A stretch of 38,163 nucleotides of DNA from a virus. Every line of letters starts with the position of its first letter. Position 1 is the stretch's first letter. Under the pieces are notes generated by a model. That model saw only the letters and a program-made list of their open reading frames with translations. It searched no databases and was not told where the DNA came from. The stretch is taken from the IMG/VR virus record IMGVR_UViG_3300038410_000117, positions 1-38,163 of that record; one strand, written 5' to 3'. This document shows positions 1 to 5,733 of this stretch, piece after piece. The translations under genes and the position numbers were made by a program.

Positions 1-127
1 ACCGGACCAGATCAGCGTCTCGTCAATCGACTTGATCTCCCGGTACCGAGGCCCTCCAAGGAAGTATCGGAGGCCATCCCAACCGCACTTGATGAGCAGA
101 CGCCCGTCCGGCCACTTCATGTACGGT
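1..127. repeat. Terminal direct repeat identical to 38037-38163 (assembly overlap of a circular or terminally redundant genome; unique length 38,036 bp)
   Basis: Read directly: accggaccagatcagcg...cttcatgtacggt occurs at both window ends. 127 nt is a common de Bruijn k-mer size. Confidence 0.95.
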
Positions 128-252
128 CGGACGAAGACGCCAGCGACGGGCTCCGCGTCATCGCGAATCGATTCGATCGGCTCGACTTCTCCGTCGCGTG
201 GCGGATCGTCGCGTTCGTTCACGCCATCGTCGATCTCCAGCCTCCAGTCCAT
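1..252 (-). CDS. Hypothetical protein (90 aa) crossing the circular junction: ATG at 252-250, continues 1 -> 38036, stop TAA at 38018-38016
   Basis: My translation: MDWRLEIDDGVNERDDPPRDGEVEPIESIRDD...KSIDETLIWSGHPDGNY*. Absent from the ORF track because it is cut by the window edge. It starts 11 nt after the stop of the upstream gene. Confidence 0.5.
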   Translation of the reverse strand, partial: MDWRLEIDDGVNERDDPPRDGEVEPIESIRDDAEPVAGVFVRPYMKWPDGRLLIKCGWDGLRYFLGGPRYREIKSIDETLIWSG

Positions 253-263
253 GCGCGAGGTGA

Positions 264-539
264 TCACGTCCCCTCCTTCTCCTCGTAGTAGCGAAGCTGC
301 TTGTACATCAGGATCGCGAGCCTGTTCTTCCTCCGGTATTCGGCGGCCTTCGTCAACACGCGCTCGGAATGACGCTCGTAGTGCGCGCGCTCGCGCGCCC
401 GCTGGCAGGCGAGGCAGCGGCCGTACCCGCGCGCCTTGTTCGAGATCACGGTGTTCTCCGCCGTCCTCGGGTGCCCACACGGAAACTTGAGATCGCCGCG
501 CACTGGCCTCGGATCAGGAACTCGTTCCATCGGACTCAC
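264..539 (-). CDS. HNH / His-Me-finger-like zinc-binding protein (91 aa, GTG start)
   Basis: ORF-track protein contains KFPCGHPRTAENTVI...GRCLACQRARE (C-x-H...N...CxxC), the pattern of small phage HNH-type proteins. Confidence 0.5.
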   Translation of the reverse strand: MSPMERVPDPRPVRGDLKFPCGHPRTAENTVISNKARGYGRCLACQRARERAHYERHSERVLTKAAEYRRKNRLAILMYKQLRYYEEKEGT

Positions 540-576
540 TGTTTCGTTCTCTCCTTGGCTCGTTGAGCCTCGGGGA

Positions 577-1041
577 TTACTCGAACCGAACGACGAGTCG
601 CTTCGAACCGGTCTCCGCGAATCTCATGAGCGTCGAGACGTTCGGGAAATTTCCCTCCCGCAGCATCCGGTTCAGCGATTCGGAGCGCACCCCGAGCCTC
701 GCTGCAAACTCGGAATGCGACAATCCGCTTGCGAGAACGACTTCCCGCATCGCTCCCTGGAGCGCCGCTAGGAACTCGTAGTCCGCGTTGCTGTGCTTGG
801 TGAATCCGCGCAATGGTTCCTCCTCTTGTTCTGGATGATCTTCCGTCAGATGCCAGCCACGCAATTTTGCGTACTGGCGGAACTTCTCCTCGGGCCACTG
901 GAGCGTGAATCCGATTTCAGGTGGCACGGCAAAGATCGAGCCCGCGAACACGATGACGCGAAGCGGGAACAGAAACGAACGGTGCGCCACGCGGATCGAC
1001 TGGACGTCAGTTGATTCCACCGCTTCGCTCATCAGCGACAC
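577..1041 (-). CDS. XRE-family helix-turn-helix protein (154 aa)
   Basis: C-terminal LASGLSHSEFAARLGVRSESLNRMLREGNFPNVSTLMRFA is a typical XRE/HigA-like HTH. The N-terminal half is unassigned. Confidence 0.6.
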   Translation of the reverse strand: MSLMSEAVESTDVQSIRVAHRSFLFPLRVIVFAGSIFAVPPEIGFTLQWPEEKFRQYAKLRGWHLTEDHPEQEEEPLRGFTKHSNADYEFLAALQGAMREVVLASGLSHSEFAARLGVRSESLNRMLREGNFPNVSTLMRFAETGSKRLVVRFE

Positions 1042-1222
1042 TCAGGACGTGAATCGCTTCCCGAAGACGTTCCAGTTCCTCGACAAGCGCGATCATCATG
1101 GTGACGTGCGCCGTCGTTAGGGCCATGATCGCCGCCGCTGGTGCCCCTGCTTTGGTCATGAAGTCCGAGTCGCCGAGCATGGCTTCGATTTCCCTCAGCA
1201 TCCGTTCTTGTTCGGAGGTCAT
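1007..1222 (-). CDS. Hypothetical protein (71 aa)
   Basis: Internal start MTSEQERML chosen because its ATG overlaps the upstream stop (TGATG). Confidence 0.5.
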   Translation of the reverse strand: MTSEQERMLREIEAMLGDSDFMTKAGAPAAAIMALTTAHVTMMIALVEELERLREAIHVLSVADERSGGIN

Positions 1223-1533
1223 CAGTAGTTTCCCCAACGCGGAATCCAGCGCCAGTTGTGCGCCATCCAGTCCTTGAATCCGAGCAGCAACACGCTAAAG
1301 CCGAGGCCGCCGTAGCCGACCAACGTTAGATCGTGCGCGAGTGACCGATTGATCGCTGAAAGCAGCAGACTGATCACGAACGCAACCATTGCAGCGACCG
1401 ACGACACGATCCTGACACTCGCGATCGTGATGTGACGTTCATTAATGGCGATCTCATTCTCGATCGTCGCCATCATCGTTTCATGCGCGACTCTGAAATC
1501 CTCAAGAAGCGTTTCCATTTCCTCGCGCGTCAT
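1222..1533 (-). CDS. Small membrane protein (103 aa, two hydrophobic helices)
   Basis: MTREEMETLL...VSSVAAMVAFVISLLLSAI...LVGYGGLGFSVLLLGF. The ATGA start/stop overlap with the upstream gene sets the start. The longer track ORF would run through tRNA-Arg. Confidence 0.6.
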   Translation of the reverse strand: MTREEMETLLEDFRVAHETMMATIENEIAINERHITIASVRIVSSVAAMVAFVISLLLSAINRSLAHDLTLVGYGGLGFSVLLLGFKDWMAHNWRWIPRWGNY

Positions 1534-1811
1534 CCGGGAGGCGGCTTCTGAGGCATCGCCTCGAACGCACTCCAGGCGAGCCGAACCCACGGTAGCGTCT
1601 TCTGAATGAAGAGAGTTCCCGCCCGCGCCCGCGCTCCCGTTTTCTCCGCCTCCATCAGTGCCCTCATTCCTACCGCCCATAGCTCGCTCCAGGTAAGGGA
1701 TCCGAGATGATCCAGGTAGAAATCGATCGTCCCTTCGGTCAGAGGCCGCTTCATCCGAGCCTGCGCCTCGGTAATGAGCCGATGATAGTCCTCGACTTGA
1801 ACCTCGTTCAC
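1530..1811 (-). CDS. Hypothetical protein (93 aa, GTG start)
   Basis: GGAGG lies 4 nt upstream of GTG (VNEVQVEDYHRL...). The N-terminal extension in the track overlaps tRNA-Arg and is rejected. Confidence 0.5.
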   Translation of the reverse strand: MNEVQVEDYHRLITEAQARMKRPLTEGTIDFYLDHLGSLTWSELWAVGMRALMEAEKTGARARAGTLFIQKTLPWVRLAWSAFEAMPQKPPPG

Positions 1812-1823
1812 AGCGCCTCCACA

Positions 1824-1900
1824 TGGTGGCCCCGGTGGGACTCGAACCCACAGCCTCCGGGTTAGAACTCCGGTGCCGGTTCCAGTCCGGCTACGGGGCC
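1824..1900 (-). tRNA. tRNA-Arg (anticodon UCU), CCA encoded
   Basis: Hand-folded reverse complement: GGCCCCG-TA-GCCG...CGGC-A-CCGGA-GTTCTAA-CCCGG-AGGCT-GTGGG-TTCGAGT-CCCAC-CGGGGCC-A-CCA. There is an A31-C39 mismatch in the anticodon stem. Confidence 0.8.
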
Positions 1901-2084
1901 GAACGCTGAAGGACTTCCTAGCCGCAGCCACCACGCCGAGCGCGGGCCGGACGACGCGCCCGCCCCGAATCCTTCGATCTGGGTCACGTTGACGGTGGGT
2001 TTGGAGCAGCTTTCCCCTTTCGACGTTGCGCTTTGAGCTAAGAATCGTTCAGCCCTGAGCGCTGATCTTTCATTCGCACGATAC

Positions 2085-2154
2085 GCAGATGGGCTCCCAC
2101 TACCCTATCCCCCCGTCAAGTGGGGGGACCAGGATTCGAACCTGGGCAATCTGC
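2085..2154 (-). ncRNA. Circularly permuted tRNA-like element: 3' half (2154-2121), 6-nt linker (2120-2115), 5' half (2114-2085), with termini in the anticodon loop
   Basis: Minus strand reads GCAGA-TTGC-CCAGG-TTCGAAT-CCTGG-TCCCCCC-A / CTTGAC / GGGGGGA-TA-GGGT-AGTGGGA-GCCC-A-TCTGC. Acceptor pairs 7/7, T stem 5/5, anticodon stem 5/5, D stem 4 bp including one G-U. Confidence 0.6.
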
Positions 2155-2253
2155 ATGTATGAGCATGGCTTTGAAGGCCAGCCCGACCACAGTGTGGTCG
2201 GTGCTCAGAAAGATCGCCTGTTGACTCGCTTCGCTGCCGAAAGTCCTCCGTTT

Positions 2254-2903
2254 TCAGATTTCGATGGTCGTCGTCGCGTTGATCAGGCTCAGTTTGCCGT
2301 CGAGTTCGCCCAAGACGGCTTCCATCTGCTCGATCTTCGCGATCAGTTCGCTCTCCTTCAGGTGGACGACGACCTCGCCCTTCTCGCCACTCGGCGAATC
2401 GGTTACCTTGAGGCCCTTTTTGAACATCTCCTCGCGATTCCGAACGATCGAGGAGTGAAGCCGTTGAAGATGGAGCCGTTCCGGCTCCGAAACCTCACGG
2501 CGCCAGTTCAGCCACTCGGCCACGGTGCGCGTCGTTCCCGCTACGGTGGCGGCTTCTTCCCCGATCGTTCTCGTCGCACCCGGAATCTTCGGCATGATCG
2601 CGGGAGTCGTCGTCTTCCTGATCGGCTAAGCCCGATCTCAGCGAGAAATCGTGCCGCGGCCGTCACAAGATTCTGTTGCTGGATGGCCGTTCGGATCGAG
2701 ACGATCCGCTTCTGGAGGTCGTCGATCGCTTGCGTCTCCTTCCGGATGAACTCTTCGGACCCGCCTTCGCTCTCCATCGGGTCCTTGATCCGTGAGTCGC
2801 GCATCAGATTCGTCCCGATCGACTCGCGCTTCTTCTGGAGACGCGCATTGATCGTCTTGATCTCAGCGAGCGCTTCGGTGATCGTTAGCTTCGTTGAAGC
2901 CAT
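2254..2903 (-). pseudogene. Coiled-coil protein gene (restorable to about 181 aa) split into two out-of-frame ORFs by a composite insertion
   Basis: ORF 2541-2903 (MASTKLTITEALAEIKTINARLQKK...) and ORF 2254-2595 (...TVAEWLNWRRE...ELDGKLSLINATTTIEI). Deleting 104 nt (for example 2554-2657) gives a continuous ...IQQQNLVTAAATVAGTTRTVAEWL... . The layout reminds me of DIP1984-family proteins; this is unverified. Confidence 0.7.
2552..2657. repeat. Composite insertion of three exact inverted copies of other loci: 2552-2591 = rc(22965-23004), 2589-2628 = rc(31396-31435), 2630-2657 = rc(5482-5509)
   Basis: Direct base-by-base comparison. The first two segments share a 3-nt overlap (tcg). One unmatched nucleotide (2629) lies between the second and third. 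Confidence 0.9.
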
Positions 2904-3132
2904 CGGTCGCGTCCTCTTCTTCGTAGTTGCGGCAAAGCCGCGTCTTGAACAGCGGATCGAAAACCAAGGGGTAGAGGAATCCTTTGCCGCGCATCGCAAT
3001 CGGATCGCCCGTCATCTGGCTATCCGGCTGAAGGCACCGGATGCGCCCGTTCGATCCTGGAAGCGACATCCGATGCACGCACGTCCAGCATTCGGTCTCA
3101 GGATTTCTCTTCGCCTCGTTAATCTTCCTCAT
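2863..3132 (-). CDS. Cys-rich hypothetical protein (89 aa)
   Basis: GGAGAAGG Shine-Dalgarno upstream of the ATG. Product contains ECWTCVH...RCLQ...LCRNY. Confidence 0.5.
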   Translation of the reverse strand: MRKINEAKRNPETECWTCVHRMSLPGSNGRIRCLQPDSQMTGDPIAMRGKGFLYPLVFDPLFKTRLCRNYEEEDATDGFNEANDHRSAR

Positions 3133-3334
3133 CGACCTTCTCCAGACCGAGGCGGACTAGCTCGGTCAAGATGCGCCCGATCCGTGGATGCCCTCGCGGC
3201 GTCGGCTTGAGAATCCGTTCCGCCATGATCCGGATTCGGTCCTCCTCGGCCGCCGTGAGATAGAGCGTCGCCTGCTGGCGGCGGGGACGGCTCGAAGCCT
3301 TCTTCCGGACGCGTCGCTTCCTCGCGCGCTTCAC
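3119..3334 (-). CDS. Ribbon-helix-helix (CopG/Arc-like) regulator, 71 aa, proposed leaderless GTG start
   Basis: C-terminal part of track ORF 3119-4141: basic tail, then ATLYLTAAEEDRIRIMAERI...RIGRILTELVRLGL (strand-helix-helix pattern). The rest of that ORF is antisense to better + strand genes. Confidence 0.55.
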   Translation of the reverse strand: MKRARKRRVRKKASSRPRRQQATLYLTAAEEDRIRIMAERILKPTPRGHPRIGRILTELVRLGLEKVDEED

Positions 3335-3341
3335 CCGAAAG

Positions 3342-3370
3342 AGGCTAGCCAATCGCTTCTCGCAAGTCAA
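3342..3370 (-). promoter_or_regulatory. Candidate leftward sigma70-like promoter TTGACT-17-TAGCCT
   Basis: -35 is rc of 3365-3370 and -10 is rc of 3342-3347. Predicted TSS near 3335, one nt before the GTG at 3334. The -10 is weak. Confidence 0.3.
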
Positions 3371-3393
3371 GGGGAAAATGCTCGATATTTTGC

Positions 3394-3422
3394 TTGACGA
3401 TTCAGAGGCGCGCTGATAGGAT
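3394..3422 (+). promoter_or_regulatory. Candidate rightward sigma70-like promoter TTGACG-17-TAGGAT
   Basis: -35 at 3394-3399 and -10 at 3417-3422. Predicted TSS near 3429, 2 nt before the ATG at 3431, which has no Shine-Dalgarno. Confidence 0.4.
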
Positions 3423-3430
3423 TCCCTTCC

Positions 3431-3814
3431 ATGAGCCCGAAGCGGCGGTTCCGGCGGGAAGTGCTTCCGAGCAACGGATTCACGTACCAGATCGAGAAGA
3501 AGAACGTCGATGAACTCGGTCAGCCGTCGGAACCGCTCGTCACGCTCATCATCAATGTCGATCTGCCCGACGATCTTGGGACGGCGCAGATTCACGTTGG
3601 GATGGAGGCGAGCGACTTCAAACGGTTCGTTCGGGATGCGATGGAGGACATCTGGCGGATTCAGTACGAGACACCGAATGTCCAAATTCCGGACGGAACC
3701 ACTGATTGCGCTTCGTGCGGCGGAATCGGCACTACGGAGCAGGGTGATGCCTGCGCCGATTGCAATGGCACGGGTCGCATCGAAGCGAAGATCATCGACC
3801 CAGGATTGAACTAG
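3431..3814 (+). CDS. DnaJ-type zinc-finger (CxxCxGxG x2) protein, 127 aa
   Basis: Product contains CASCGGIGTTEQGDACADCNGTGRI. Confidence 0.65.
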   Translation: MSPKRRFRREVLPSNGFTYQIEKKNVDELGQPSEPLVTLIINVDLPDDLGTAQIHVGMEASDFKRFVRDAMEDIWRIQYETPNVQIPDGTTDCASCGGIGTTEQGDACADCNGTGRIEAKIIDPGLN

Positions 3815-3826
3815 GAGGGGAAGGAA

Positions 3827-4027
3827 ATGCCACTCTTCGAAGTCGCCATCTTGAAGCAGCCGACGCAGAAGGAAATTGAAGACGGGGCCGTCGAGGAACT
3901 CGTTCTCGGTCCGAAAGCCGTCATTGCAAAAGACGAACAGAGTGCCGCGATCGCTGCCGCGCTCTCGGAGGGGAAACCGATCCCCGACATGCAGCGATGC
4001 ACAGTGATCGTTCGCCCTTTCGCGTAG
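3827..4027 (+). CDS. Small hypothetical protein (66 aa), paralog of 4474-4692
   Basis: GGAGGGGAAGGAA precedes the ATG. FEVAILKQPTQKE...AKDEQSAAIAAAL...RCTVIVRPF aligns with YEVAAIERPTQAA...ANGRSAAIAAAAAL...RTTWIVRKF. Confidence 0.65.
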   Translation: MPLFEVAILKQPTQKEIEDGAVEELVLGPKAVIAKDEQSAAIAAALSEGKPIPDMQRCTVIVRPFA

Positions 4028-4473
4028 CCCCGCGACTTCGGAGCGCCGCTCAAGTCGCCGAAGGGGCGAACGCGAACGTCCACAAGATGGCTCGGGAAAT
4101 GGAGAAGGAGAAAGCGCGTGGATGGACGGTTTCGGCGGCACCGCACGCGGCGGCGACCTTCACCGGCCAGAATCTTTTCGCGTTGACGCAGGCAGCCGGT
4201 AAAGCGGTATCCTGACGCCAGCGCCGAACACGCGCGACCGGGCCTCGTCTTTCGATTTTGCTCATGGACGGGCACGATCATCGTCCCTACTCGGTCTCGA
4301 TTCGAACGGGCGCGAGCGGACGCGCGGCTGACGAGGCTCAAAGCTGAGAACGCGAAGAGCGGGCTTCGCGATCATGAGGTCGTGTCACTGAGGGCACGGC
4401 TTCTCGGAGGGCGGTCCCGCAAGAAGCCGCCCTCCACCAACTCGATCTCTCAACGAGAGAGGAGAAGATTTCT

Positions 4474-4692
4474 ATGGAGACGTGCTACCTGTACGAAGTG
4501 GCCGCAATCGAGCGGCCGACCCAGGCGGCGGCAGAGCAGGGCGAACTCGCCAAGGTCGTTCTAGCGCCTACGACCGTCCTCGCGAACGGCCGTTCGGCCG
4601 CGATCGCAGCGGCTGCTGCGCTGATCAAGACGACCTACGAGCCGCAGCGGACGACCTGGATCGTTCGTAAGTTCGTGGGCGACAATCTGTAA
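4474..4692 (+). CDS. Small hypothetical protein (72 aa), paralog of 3827-4027
   Basis: GAGAGGAGAAG lies upstream of the ATG. Paralogy as described for 3827-4027. Confidence 0.65.
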   Translation: METCYLYEVAAIERPTQAAAEQGELAKVVLAPTTVLANGRSAAIAAAAALIKTTYEPQRTTWIVRKFVGDNL

Positions 4693-4771
4693 ATCCTCGG
4701 GCCAGGGGTAAGACCGAGGAACCGTGGGCGGGGGCGATTCCAAGGCCCCCGCCCCGTCACGGAGGCCAAGG

Positions 4772-5137
4772 ATGGCTGACAAGACGCAGATCGATCCAAT
4801 CGAGCAAGACAGTCTCCTCCTTCGTCTCCACGATGATCTCCTTCTCGTTCAGAAGCGCCTCGGCGGCCTCGAACTAATCCAGACGCAACTCTCCGTTCTG
4901 GAGCGCCAAATCAACACCCTCACGATTCTCGCTAGTCGAACCTTCGATGCTGGCCTTCCCTCTGAGGCGAAAGCGGCGGAGCGAGAACGCGCAAAGGAAC
5001 TCGCTGCGGACATGGCCAAGAAGTGGGAAGAGCAGATGAATTCGACGCTCAAAGAGCGCGCTGCTCGCGGAATCCCGAATGATGGGGACGCCGTCACCGA
5101 ACAGGACTTGGCCGATGCGGCCCGCGAATTCGCGTAG
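4772..5137 (+). CDS. Coiled-coil hypothetical protein (121 aa)
   Basis: Internal start MADKTQIDP follows GGAGG. A 10-bp GC hairpin (4726-4754) lies just upstream. Confidence 0.6.
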   Translation: MADKTQIDPIEQDSLLLRLHDDLLLVQKRLGGLELIQTQLSVLERQINTLTILASRTFDAGLPSEAKAAERERAKELAADMAKKWEEQMNSTLKERAARGIPNDGDAVTEQDLADAAREFA

Positions 5138-5145
5138 AGGTGAGA

Positions 5146-5733
5146 ATGGAGTCACACCCCGTTGAGATTGTTCGAATTCCCGAAGGCGAGTCGGGAGCGC
5201 TCGAAGGGCGGCTCACGGAACCGGTCCTCGAATCGATCGCGTCCCTCTGGTCGCTCCCACGATCCGCCCGAAGAGCCGCCGGGGTCGAGCCCCTCGACGA
5301 CGCCGGAGTGGCCTTCCTGGCCGAGCGCTTGGGAGTCACCCGAGGATTTGTCCGAAAACAGCAGCGAAACCCCAAGGTCCTCGCCGCCATCCGAAAGCGA
5401 TGCATCGAAGCCGTCACCTTGATGATGCCCGACGTGATCGAGGCGCAGCTTAGACTGGCCGTCGTCATGCATGACACGAAAGCGGCACGATTTCTCGCTG
5501 AGATCGGGCAATTCTTGAAGACGGGGATGTCGGTTCAGCAGACCGTCGGGGTCAATGTCGCGCTTCAGTCCGGATCGGCCAAGGATGGCCATATTTCCGA
5601 GGACTCCGAGAACCTCGCCTGGCTGACGCGCATGCGTCGGTCCGGGGAACTCGATCGAATCTGCGCCTCGGTGATCGTCGCGGAAGACGATGGACCTGAA
5701 CGAATCGAATCCGCAAGCCAGCCAACTCCGTAG
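5146..5733 (+). CDS. terS: Putative small terminase subunit
   Basis: Sits immediately upstream of and overlapping terL. HTH-like LAERLGVTRGFVRKQQRNPKV. GAGG lies 5 nt before the ATG at 5146. Confidence 0.5.
   Translation: MESHPVEIVRIPEGESGALEGRLTEPVLESIASLWSLPRSARRAAGVEPLDDAGVAFLAERLGVTRGFVRKQQRNPKVLAAIRKRCIEAVTLMMPDVIEAQLRLAVVMHDTKAARFLAEIGQFLKTGMSVQQTVGVNVALQSGSAKDGHISEDSENLAWLTRMRRSGELDRICASVIVAEDDGPERIESASQPTP
5482..5509. repeat. Source copy (28 nt) of insertion segment 2630-2657
   Basis: gcggcacgatttctcgctgagatcgggc is in frame inside terS (AARFLAEIG). Confidence 0.9.

Noticed and set aside
2165-2181. Hairpin with loop CUUCAAA (anticodon-like UCA, as in selC or opal suppressors), next to a long D-like hairpin at 2183-2201.
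   Set aside because: The stem has only 4 bp and no acceptor stem goes with it. UGA is used as an ordinary stop by terL, the portal gene and many other genes, so there is no sign of UGA recoding.
1901-2253. Two-piece (permuted) tmRNA. A T arm plus acceptor is followed by a GGGG... 5' strand, and the downstream codons GCG AAT GAA (A-N-E) resemble the start of a tag.
   Set aside because: The acceptor stem has G3-C70 rather than the universal G3-U70 alanine identity pair. The A-N-E frame runs on for more than 50 codons, with no short tag ending in hydrophobic residues plus a stop. A D arm and anticodon stem typical of an ordinary tRNA are present instead.
2085-2254. attP site formed by the 3' part of a tRNA, or a permuted group I intron-exon arrangement.
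   Set aside because: No integrase or recombinase gene was recognised anywhere in the genome. A 5' half is present as well, which attP does not need. No G precedes any plausible 3' exon boundary, and I saw no group I core elements. The 8-bp complementarity GATCTTTC (2064-2071) / GAAAGATC (2208-2215) flanking the element is within chance expectation.
2552-2657. CRISPR mini-array or DGR template/variable repeat, because the segments are spacer-sized copies of phage sequence.
   Set aside because: No direct repeats separate the segments and there are no cas genes. There is no reverse transcriptase, and the copies are exact rather than adenine-mutated.
2089-3210. 373-aa + strand ORF.
   Set aside because: It runs antisense through the permuted tRNA and four minus-strand genes. 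Its product is low-complexity and R-rich, typical of a frame artefact in GC-rich DNA.
3335-4141. Upstream 269 codons of the 340-aa minus-strand ORF 3119-4141.
   Set aside because: It is antisense to two well-supported + strand genes (3431-3814, 3827-4027) and its product is R/S/P-rich. Only the C-terminal 71 codons look like a real RHH gene.
3997-4265. ORFs 3997-4215 (+) and 4050-4265 (-) in the gap between the paralogous small genes.
   Set aside because: No ribosome-binding site and Ala/Arg-rich frame-noise composition. They overlap each other on opposite strands.
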